Shown in pieces: positions 29,101 through 40,975 of a stretch of DNA of 64,000 nucleotides (positions are counted from its first letter, which is position 1; every line of letters begins with the position of its first letter). A program made the translations under genes and the position numbers. The notes below the pieces were generated by a model, which searched no databases, was not told where the DNA came from, and was given only the letters and a program-made list of their open reading frames with translations. The DNA is taken from the NCBI GenBank assembly GCA_030390025.1, contig CM059438.1:55678001-55742000 (forward strand), in the 5' to 3' direction. Source of the stretch: Squalus acanthias (Eukaryota).

Positions 29101-32100
29101 CAGTTACAAAAACACCCATCAACCATTACCCTCTGCTTCCTGTCTCCGAGCCAGTTTTGAATCCAACCTGACACTTTGCCCTGGATCCCAGTCTGCCATG
29201 TGGAACCTTATCAAAAGCCTTGCTGAAGTCCATATACACTACATCAAACGCACTACCCTCATCTACCCTCCTTGTTACCTCCTCAAAAAATTCAATCAAG
29301 TTTGTCAGACATGACCTTCCCTTAACAAATCCATGCTGACTATCCTTGATTAATCCGTGTCTTTCGAAATGAAGATTTATCCTGTCCTTCAGAATTCTTT
29401 CCAATAATTTTCCCACCACTGAGGTTAGGCTGACTGGTCTGTAATTACTCGGTCTATCCTTTACTCCCTTTTTAAACAAGGGTACCACATTAGCAGTCCT
29501 CCAGCACCACGCCTGAAGCCAGAGAGGATTGGAAAATGATGGTCAGGGCCTCTGCTATTTCCTCTTTTGCTTCGCTTAACAGCCTGGGATACATTTCATC
29601 CGGGCCTGGGGATTTATCCACTTTTAAAGCTGCTAAACCCCTTAATACTTCTTCTCTCACTATGTTTATTTCATCTAATATTTCACACTCCCCCCGATAG
29701 CAATGTCTGCTTCGCCCCATGGGTGCGGGCGGAGAGGACATGAGAGGAATCCCAAAATGGGTCAGAAACTTCAGGAAAGGAGATTACACAGGATTACATA
29801 GGATATACAGCACAGAAACAGGCCATTCTGCCCAACCAGTCCATGCCGGCATTTATGCTCCACTCCAATAGCTCAGAGCCCTCAGCAGAGTGGGGTAACT
29901 GGGAAGATTACTTTATTTTTTTTTAGAAAACACTTACTTCAAAAGAATGCTCTTTATTATCTTCCAGTCGATAGTCTAGGAGCACACTAAGAGACATGAC
30001 GCTGCAGTCAAACTTTCCACCTTTGGCAGTCCAGTTAGGATGAACGATGATAGAAGCCTCATCAGGTAGTACATAGCGTCTTTCACGTCGCTGACGCTCC
30101 ACTTCTTCCTGGCGTTTTCTCTCCTCCTCCTGAAAGGACAGGAGAAAGTTAGATTTCAAAAATACCGCCAGCTGCTTCAAAAATATAGAATAATCCTCAA
30201 CGTTCAGTTGAAAAACATCACAACGTTCCTGCACAGAAACAAGCCATTCAGCCCATCAAGCCCATGCCAGTATTTTCGTGACCTAACCTAATCCCACTCT
30301 CCCGCTCACTCCCCAAACCCTTTAATATCCCACCCAGTCTAATCCCACTCTCCCCCTCACACCCCGCACCCTTTAATATCCCCCCAGTCTAATCCCACTC
30401 TCCTGCTCACTCCCCACACCCTTTAATATCCCCCCAGTCTAATCCCACTCTCCTGCTCACTCCCCACACCCTTTAATATCCCACCCAGTCTAATCCCTCT
30501 CCCTCCCCACACCCTTTAATATCCCACCCAGTCGAATCCCACTCTCCCGCTCACTCCCCACACCCTTTAATATCCCACCCAGTCTAATCCCACTCTCCCA
30601 CTCACTCCCCACACCCTTTAATATCCCACCCAGTCTAATCCCACTCACTCCCCATACCCTTTAATATCCCACCCAGTCTAATCCCACTCCCCCGCTCACT
30701 CCCCACACCCTTTAATATACCACCCAGTCTAATCCCACTCTCCCGCTCACTCCCCACACCCTTTAATATCCCCCCAGTCTAATCCCACGCTCCCGCTCAC
30801 TCCCCACACCCTTTAATATCCCCCCAGTCTAATCCCACTCACTCCCCATACCCTTTATATAAGAACAAAAGATGTAGGAGCAGGAGTCGGTCATTTGGCC
30901 CCTCGAGCCTGCTCCGCCATTCAATAAGATCATGGCTGATCTGATTTTGGCCTCAACTCCACTTCCCTGCCCGCTCCCCATAACCCTTGACTCCCTCACC
31001 TTTCAAAAATCTGTCTATCTCCACCTTAAATATATTCAATGACCCAGCCTCCACAGCTCTCTGGGGAAGAGAATTCCAAAGATTCAGGACCCTCAGAAGA
31101 AATTCCTCTTCATTTCCGATTTAAATGGGTGCCCCCTTATTCTGAAATTATGCCCCCTAGTTCTAGATTCCTCCACGAGGGGAAACATCCTCTCTGCATC
31201 TACCCTGTCAAGCCCCTTCAGAATCTTATATGTTTCAATAAGATCCCCTCTCATTCTTCTAAACTCCAATGAGTATAGGCCCAACCTGCTCAACCTTTCT
31301 TCATAAGACAACCCCATCATCTCTGGAATCAACCTCGTGAACCTTCTCTGAACTGCCTCCAATGCAAGTATATCCTTCCTTAAATAAGACCAAAACTGTA
31401 CGCAGTACTCCAGGTGTGGTCTCACCAACGCCCTGTACAGTTGTAACAGGACTTCCCTACTTTTATACTCCATTCCCTTTGCAATAAAGGCCAACACTCC
31501 ATTTGCCTTCCTAATTACTTGCTGTACCTGCATGCTAACTTTTTGTGTTTCATGTACAAGGACCCCCAGATGCCTCTGTGCCTCAGCATTTTGTAATCTC
31601 TCTCCATTTAAATAATAATTTGCTTTTTTATTTTTCCTACCAAAGTGTATAACCTCGCATTTTCCCACATTAAACTCCATCTGCCAGATTTTTGCCCACT
31701 CACTTATCCTATCTATATCCCTTTGGAAATTCTTTGTGTCTTCCACATCAGCAGCAAATTTGGCTACATTACACTCAGTCCCTTCATCCAAGTCATTAAT
31801 ATAGATTGTAAATAGTTGAGGCCCCAGCACTGATCCCTGTGGCACCCCACTAGTTACTGATTGCCAACCTGAAAATGATCCATTTATCCCGACTCTCTGT
31901 TTTCTGTTAGTTAGCCAATCCTCTATCCATGCTAATATATTACCCCCAACCCCGTGAGCTCTTATCTTGTGTAGTAACCTTTTATGTGGCACCTTATCGA
32001 ATGCCTTCTGGAAATCCAAATACACGGCATCTGCTGGTTCCCCTTTATCCACCCTGCTCGTTACATCCTCAAAGAACTCCAGCAAATTTGTCAAACATGA

Positions 32101-35100
32101 TTTCCCTTTCATAAAATCATGCTGACTCTGCTTGACTATATTATGATTTTCTAAATGTCCTGCTACCACTTCCTTAATGAAGGACTCCAGCATTTTCCCA
32201 ATGACAGATGTTAGGCTAACTGGTCTATAGTTGCCTGCTTTCTGTCTCCCTCCTTTCTTAAATAGGGGCATTACATTTGCGGTTTTCCAGTCCGCTGGGA
32301 CCTCTCCAGAATCCAGGGAATTTTGGTAGATTACAACCAATGCATCCACGATCTCTGCAGCCACTTCTTTTAAGACCCGAGGATGCAGGCCACTGGGTCC
32401 AGGGGACTTGTCATCCTTTAGTCCCATTAGTTTGCCAAGTACTTTCTCTCCAGTGATAGTGATTGTTTTAAGTTCCCCCCCCACCCCAATAGCCCCTTGA
32501 TTATCCATTATTGGGATGCTTTTAGTGTCTTCTACCGTGAAGACCAATACAAAATATTTGTTCAAAGTCTCCGCCATTTCCCTGTTTCCCATTATTAATT
32601 CCCCAGACTCATCCTCTCGGGGACCAATGTTTACTTTAGCTACTCTCTTCCTTTTTATATAGCTGTAGAAGCTCTTACTGTCTGTTTTTATATTTCTTGC
32701 TAGCTTACTCTCATAAGCTAACTTCTCTCTTTATCATTTTTTTTAGTCATCCTTTGCTGGTTTTTAAAAATTTCCCAATCCTTGGCCTTTCACTATTCTT
32801 TGCAACATTGTATGCTTTTGTTTTCAATTTGATACCATCCTTAACTTCCTTAGTTCGCCACAGATGGTGCTCCCTTCTCGTAGAGTCTTTCTTTCTCACT
32901 GGAATATATCTTTGCTGAGAGTTATGAAATATCTCCTTAAATGTTTGCCACTGCTTTTCTATAGTCTTACCCTGTAATATATTTCCCCAGTCCACTTTAA
33001 CCAAGTCTGCCTTCATACCTTTGTAATTACCTTTGTTTGTTAATATCCCCCCAGTCTAATCCCACTCTCCCACTCACTCCCCACACCCTTTAATATCCCA
33101 CAACACACAACTCCCAGTGTACCAGTGTCACTGCACACACAACTCCCAGTGCACCAGTGTCACTGCACACACAACTCCCAGTGCACCAGTGTCACTGCAC
33201 ACACAACTCCCAGTGCACCAGTGTCACTGCACACACAACTCCCAGTGCACCAGTGTCACTGCACACACAACTCCCAGTGCACCAGTGCCACTGCACACAC
33301 AACTCCCAGTGCACCAGTGTCACTGCACACACAACTCCCAGTGCACCAGTGCCACTGCACACACAACTCCCAGTGCACCAGTGTCACTGCACACACAACT
33401 CCCAGTGCACCAGTGTCACTGTACACACAACTCCCAGTGCACCAGTGTCACTGCACACACAACTCCCAGTGCACCAGTGTCACTGTACACACAACTCCCA
33501 GTGTACCAGTGTCACTGCACACACAACTCCCAGTGCACCAGTGCCACTGTACACACAACTCCCAGTGTACCAGTGTCACTGTACACACAACTCCCAGTGT
33601 ACCAGTGCCACTGTACACACAACTCCCAGTGTACCAGTGTCACTGCACACACAACTCCCAGTGTACCAGTGTCACTCTCAGGACAAAGCTAAGTACCGAG
33701 GATTTGCTCGTCCTACCTCTTTATCATCTTCGGATCTTTTATCCTCCTCCTCGTCATCCTCTCTTTCTGATTTCTCTGATTCCTTCTGCTCTTCTTTCTC
33801 TGCCTCAGTTTTCAGCTGTTTTGTCAGCCGGGCTATCAGCTGGGATTTCAAACCCTTTGAGCTTTGAGTCCTACTTTCCAATTCTTTTCGAAGATCATTT
33901 ACCTGCGAAAGAGGAAATTTTCTTCAATTAACGTACAATGCCTGGAGTGGTCTCCTCCCTGAAGGAAGTGATTCATGCTTGGGTTCAATGGGTGCTGGGT
34001 GCCCTCCAATCCCTCGCCCAGCCCTCTTCTCACCCACACACTTTCCAGCAGGGGTCACGGGATAGCGATGAGGAGTGGGGATGCTGGCTCATTTTCATTC
34101 TTTCTCTCTACCCTAGCCCAGGAGTGGAAGCTGAGAGTTCAGAAGAGAAAAGTTTTGGAGCCAACTTTGCAGGCGTGGGCAGGGGAGAGTGAAGGAGGCG
34201 AAGAAGCCAATTACATCCATTGTTAGATTGGATCAATCCAAGATCGAATGGGCCAGCTCCTTGCTGCTGACTGGAAGGAGGAGCTGAGGGGGAGGAGTTA
34301 TAAGCTGCTGAAGTCTGATTGGCTATCTACAACCCAGAGCGTGGACGTGCATGCGTCCGTCTGTGCGGGGGCATGCGTCCGTCTGTGCGGGGGCATGCGT
34401 CCGTCTGTGCGGGGGCATGCGTCCGTCTGTGCGGGGGCATGCGTCCGTCTGTGCGGGGGCATGCGTCCGTCTGTGCGGGGGCATGCGTCCGTCTGTGCGG
34501 GGGCATGCGTCCGTCTGTGCGGGGGCATGCGTCCGTCTGTGCGGGGGCATGTGTGCGCCCGCATCCATGTATGTACATGTATGGTTCTTCACAACACAAA
34601 ATTGACAGTCTCTTAGCGCAGTGAAGGAAATGTATTAATTAAGACGGTTGCAGCCGTGTGTACTCTGCCAGATGTGGGCATGGCCATTGCTGACACTGCT
34701 TAACCCAAGTAGAAAGCATTCCATCCCCCAGCACTCTCATCTCTCACCTTCAAGAGTACAAAGGTTAACAAAGACATTTGTGGAATAATATCCAGTAATG
34801 AATAATTAAATAAATAACACAAATTGGAATGTTAGATTGATCAAGGAGAAATTTCACAGGGCTTTCAGTTTGGAAGACTGTAATTTTGCAAGTTCTCTCC
34901 TCCTCTGTTGAAGACACTGAACTATACTGGGTAAAGTTTGACAGTTGCTGGCAGTCATGTTTTACTTGGCCCAGGGGGCCACTCATCCTTTGTGACCCAG
35001 GACAGCAGAGTCAGCAGGCGAGCTGACCATGTAAGGACAGTGGCTCCCTATCCTGTCCTCAACTAATGTCTAAACACAGGAGACTTTTCAGGCCCAGTCA

Positions 35101-38100
35101 CTGGCAGGGACCGAATGGAAACTGGGCACCTCTTCCTCTCCGTCACTGGCAGGGACCGAGTGGAAACTGGGCACCTCTTCCTCTCCGTCACTGTCAGGGA
35201 CTGAGTGGAAACTGGGCACCTCTTCCTCTCCGTCACTGGCAGGGACTGAGTGGAAACTGGGCACCTCTTCCTCTCCGTCACTGGCAGGGACTGAGTGGAA
35301 ACTGGGCACCTCTTCCTCTCCGTCACTGGCAGGGACCGAATGGAAACTGGGCACCTCTTCCTCTCCGTCACTGGCAGGGACCGAGTGGAAACTGGGCACC
35401 TCTTCCTCTCCGTCACTGTCAGGGACTGAGTGGAAACTGGGCACCTCTTCCTCTCCGTCACTGGCAGGGACTGAGTGGAAACTGGGCACCTCTTCCTCTC
35501 CGTCACTGGCAGGGACCGAATGGAAACTGGGCACCTCTTCCTCTCCGTCACTGGCAGGGACCGAGTGGAAACTGGGCACCTCTTCCTCTCCGTCACTGTC
35601 AGGGACTGAGTGGAAACTGGGCACCTCTTCCTCTCCGTCACTGGCAGGGACTGAGTGGAAACTGGGCACCTCTTCCTCTCCGTCACTGTCAGGGACTGAG
35701 TGGAAACTGGGCACCTCTTCCTCTCCGTCACTGGCAGGGACCGAGTGGAAACTGGGCACCTCTTCCTCTCCGTCACTGGCAGGGACTGAGTGGAAACTGG
35801 GCACCTCTTCCTCTCCCAAGCCAAGGGCACGGAGACCAAGTGTCGTGCTCTCCCCCTGCTGCAATCTGGGCTGAAGCTGGCACCGTGTCGGTTTGTACAG
35901 CTCAGTGCCACACTGAGCGCCCACATTTACACACCAAGACATTGGACAGCTAACTTTTGAAGGGTTTGAAGAGGTTTTGCCTTCATTGTAAGTAAAAGCA
36001 ATTGCTTACTTTCATTGTCTTTGGATCGAGCTTCGACCAGTGCGTAGGAGTAGAGATTTCTTTACTCTCCCCGTCATCCTTCTCTTCCTCTTCCTGTTCA
36101 ATTAAAAAAGTTAAGAGGGATAATCAGCAACGTTTGCACAGGTCTGGAGAACGTCTTCACTCATTTTTGAAACAAGAGTTGCTGATCCGTGCAAGTAGCA
36201 AAGGTCACAACCGCCCCTCAGAATGACTCCTCCTTAATGTTACTGAACACAACAGTGCACTGCTACATAAACACACACACGATCTCTTTAACTGATCACA
36301 TGCCACTCATCAGCCAATCAAAGCCAGATCTGTGGAACACAAAAGGGTGATCAATGACATCAAACAAAAGGTCTCGAGGGCTGCACAGACACTGCTGGTC
36401 CCTGGCGGCCACACAGTGTGCGTTCTCATCCCCTCTCAATAGGTACAAGCCCCCCAAACATGTTCTCTATCAAAGTGTCTGCTCCACACACCCCACACTG
36501 CACGAAACTGTGGCTCAACCAACTGACCTGCAAATCAAATACTTTGAAAGGGTTTGTGTATACCCAATGATTGTGTAGGTAAGAGTAACATACTAGAGTT
36601 AAAAGAAAGCAGGAGAAAGGGGATATGGAAAATTTGGAAAGTAGTAGAAATTTCTGTAAACAGCTACCAACACCTGCCCAACTCAACAACTGGTGACAAG
36701 CTTCCAGCAGCAATTTGGTTCTCTCTTTGGGGTATGAAGGAGCCAATTCTCAACACAAAGCAATTACCATTTGGGAAAAAAAAATTAAGTTTCAATTGTA
36801 CTAATTTTGTTTCATTTTTTTGAGGAAATTTCAAGAGCAGATGAGAGCGATTAAGAATCGATGAAAGGCAGCCTGCCGTGACTCCAAGCTGGGAGCTGTA
36901 TCACCAGTTACTGTAGCTTTGCATCTATGTCTTTTTGAATGTATGCAATGCTCATAAAAAGAGCACGTTACTTGAACTGTGTGTATGTGGTGCGCTTTTT
37001 TTGTGGTTGTGTCCCTGTGCCTGTGAGAAGCGGAAATGGAAAAGGATTAGCGTTCAGTGCCTGTTCTCCATCAGCCTCCTTGTGTTCAGCCTGGAGCTTC
37101 TCAACCAGCTGCTGCTTGTATCCACGGGAGAGAGCTTCCCACTCTGAGCGGGTGGGAAGGCAATGCCAAACATCCGGCAGAAATATAACCACGGTCTCCA
37201 CATGGGCTGGAACCGTTCGCCCCTTGTGGTGCTCCTCGGGGCGATGGTAACGGATCTCTGCAAAACGGTACCTGTTGCAAGGGAAGAAGTGTATTGGAAA
37301 GGAAAATTCTATCAGACATCACATAGACCCTAAATGACTCGCAGGACATCAAGCTAGAGAAATCTGTCATATACACAGCTCAATGTCACTTAACTGCAGC
37401 GGGGGGCATCCAGTCAGGTGGATAAATGACTCGCACTGTTTGGTTAGAAGAGCGGGAGCCCTATTATTTTACTAGAGATTGGACAGCAACAAGTTTATCT
37501 GAATAGACGGCTGCAATGAGAGCAAAAAGAAACTCGGATCTCGGGCCATGTTTTTAATTGTATATGAAAGCATTGCTTTAATGCCTTGCAGTTAAATGAC
37601 ACCGACTGTACAATTCAGAAGAGCTTGCATGGCATCACTTAGAATTTATTTATATAAAAAGATGGAAAACGATTCTATAATCAATTGAACGTCCTAAGTA
37701 TTCATCCCAGTGACGACATCCTCTCCACGCACGACTTCTCTTCAAGGCATATAACATACAACCACAACACACTGACACAAAATATTAATACAGATTTACA
37801 GTCTTTAAACAGGTCTATTAAATACATATTCAAAACAATGACTCTAAAGTACTTAAAGCATCTCTCCAATGTCATTGCTATAAAATAATGACATCTCACG
37901 CTATATGAGGCATGCACTGCCACATCACAGGCGCCAGCAGTGTAGAACTAGCAGAAGGACGCCGTGTATTTTACCTGCAACGTGGCTGGCTGCTAAGCAA
38001 GAAAATAATGCTCAAAATGTTTAGACTCAAATCATATATATTTAACAAAAAACACAGAATCTCAATGTTTACAGAAAGGCTCTGCCCTGTAGTTGGGTTA

Positions 38101-40933
38101 TTACTTACCACTGGGTGCAACCACTCAAGTCAATGCTTGTCAGGGCCTTACAACAGCGGATAGCAGTCCTAATCAATACCGAAGGGTCGGTCTCAGGGTT
38201 AGGTCCATCCAGTGAGGGAGACCAGTGTCCTCCAATGGCCATGGCTTCATCTTTCCCTTTCATTCCCACCAAGAACTGCAAAATAAGACAAAATACAATT
38301 CACATCAATACTAATGTAGCTGTCACAATTCTTTACACTTACAAATATTTATAATAAATATAACATACATAAAAGAAAGTTATGGTGTAGAAACAGGCCA
38401 TACAGGCTCAGAGTGTGTGCTGGTGTTTACCCCAAATGAGCCATCCAGTCTACTCCCACTCTCCTGCTGACTCCCCACACCCTTTAATATCCCACCCAGT
38501 CTAATCCCACTCTCCTCACCCTTTAATATCCCACCCAGTCTAATCCCACTCTCCTCACCCTTTAATATCCCACCCAGTCTAATCCCACTCTCCTCACCCT
38601 TTAATATCCCACCCAGTCTAATCCCACTCTCCCGCTCACTCCCCATACCCTTTAATATCCCACCCAGTCTAATCCCACTCTCCTGCTCACTCCCCATACC
38701 CTTTAATATCCCACCCAGTCTAATCCCACTCTCCCGCTCATTCCCCATACCTTTAATATCCCACCCAGTCTAATCCCACTCTCCCGCTCACCCCCCACAC
38801 CCCTTCAACTTTTCTCTTCAAAAGCAGTGCAATGTTTTGGGTTCACAAAAGCAGTCCCATAAGCTCTGGCGTGGAAGTTCCCCCAGTAATGTAGCCCTGG
38901 TTGGTAAAGGCTCCTCCCAGGATGGGACTGAGCCATACAGACTAGACCACCAGAGCTGTGCGAGTTGTCTGATCTGTCAGGAGAATGGTGGGGGGGGGGG
39001 GCCTATATTTCACCTCAATGCCTCTGGATTACAGAGTGGAACATTGATCCAGGATGCCTGCTCCTGATCACTGGGGATGTCAGGTGAGGACAGCATGAGG
39101 TGCAGCTTTAATTCACTCTGTGAACAAGCAGCTGACTGACAGTGTCAAAGCTCACACAGGAAGAATACCCATTTGGTCAAGATACCGATGGGTGATTGTG
39201 TGGAATCATATCCCAGTAATGAGCGAGAACATTCGATTCCCAGTCTGCCATGGGCAGCAAGCTGGCTGTTATAATCGACCTCAGTGTCGCTGGGCCCAGG
39301 GTGTGGGGATAATCGGTCAGGGTTCCTGCTCCTGACCGATAACTTCTGCTGGACATCTTGTGAGGACAGAAATGGGCTGGGCTGTGGTTCGTCCCATGGT
39401 CGATCGCTGACACATATTGCTTGGCTTCTGGCACCTGTTCCCCAACAAGAACCTGTGCCTTCAAAAGAGGGGAGAAAACTGGAAATGTAGGTTGGGATTT
39501 AACCACACAACCATTGGCTGAGCCATTGGGGCAAGCCGGCACCAACTTAACCAGTGCTCTCGGGGAGGGAGAACTGGAGGTTAAAGCACCACAGGTTACT
39601 ATCATTAGAGGAAGGGTCATAGAGCCCTGTACAGGGGGCAGTCAAGATTCAGTAGAATTATACCAGGAATGAGAGGTGAGAGTTATGAAGAAAGGCTCAA
39701 AAAATTGGGGCTTTTTCCTTGGAACAGAGAAGGTTAAGGGGGTTCGAACAGAGGTTTTCAAAATTATAAAAGGTTTTGAGGGGGAAAAGGGAAATACTGT
39801 TCCCACTTTTTGGTGAATCAGTAACAAGGGGGCACAGACTGAGGATCTTCACGAGAAGAATGAAGGGGAAGTTAGGAGAATGGTTTTCACACAGGGTTAT
39901 TAGAACAGGGAATGTTTCACCACAAGGGGCTACTGAGGCAGCGACTGTTAACGTCCTTTAGAAAGGACCTGGATAAGGATTTAAAAGGAAGACTATAAAA
40001 GGATATGGAGCAAGGACAGGGAAATGGGATTAGAATAAACAGGTCTAGTTAAAGAGCCAACACAGTGGGCTAAATGCTGTAACTTCCACGATTGATACAC
40101 CTCATATTCATCGGTTACTGGGTGCCAACGGCAAAGGGGACTGTGCTCGTCCAATCAACTGGGATGCAAGGCTGGATTCTCCACCTTTAGTGTAGTTTAC
40201 ACCAGAATGTCTATTGGCGGGTTTAGGCAGGCTCAAATGAAACGGTGATGTCCGTACCCAATTTTCTGAGGTCAGCTTATCAGTAGTAGCTTCAGGTGCA
40301 GATTAGGGTGGATGCAGGGAGCACACTAATGCTGGGAGTGAAATACTACATGCAAGGACATTTAAAGGGATGAGGACAATTAAAGGAGAGTGTTACAATA
40401 GGGTGGCAAACATTTTGAAAGCATTTGGAGAACCTCAATAGGCATTGGACACAACAGCAACCTTTACAAAGGCTAAAAGGGACAGGGGATTAAGAGGAGA
40501 CAGGCAAGAAATAGAGGCAAGTACAACCCAGGGAGCTGGTATGAGCCTGCAGTCAAGTGATAATGTCCAACCCCAGTTTGATGGCTGATTGAAACCATTT
40601 TGTGCCAGGATCAGCACTGGAACATGCCTGCGGGGAAGTGGACCCAAGCTTCAGGCACAGCTGACCATTACCAGCACTGCATGTCCCAGCCTTATGCTGC
40701 ATGATAGCTGCAGGTGTTCTTGTAGAAGATGGCACAGCTCTGCATCTGCTTCTCTGCTTGCCCAGGCCTGGAGAAGATAGCTGCCCATGGTCACTGCCAG
40801 GTAGGTCTGCCAAGACCTGCATAAATGTTCCACGGAAGCTCAGCGTAAGCTCGAGGAACAGCACCTCATCTTCCGATTAGGCACTTTACAGCCTTCCGGA
40901 CTCAATATCAAGTTCAACAATTTCAGATCATAA

Positions 40934-40975
<42 letters not shown>

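Noticed and set aside
21790..32592. 457-aa and 499-aa RT ORFs as host or domesticated genes
   Set aside because: 5'-truncated CR1 copies lacking endonuclease and promoter; the 499-aa one has a damaged catalytic motif.
36218..36313. Possible additional C/D snoRNA (minus-strand CTGATGA ... CTGA)
   Set aside because: Non-consensus C box, no terminal stem, no recognisable rRNA or snRNA antisense element.
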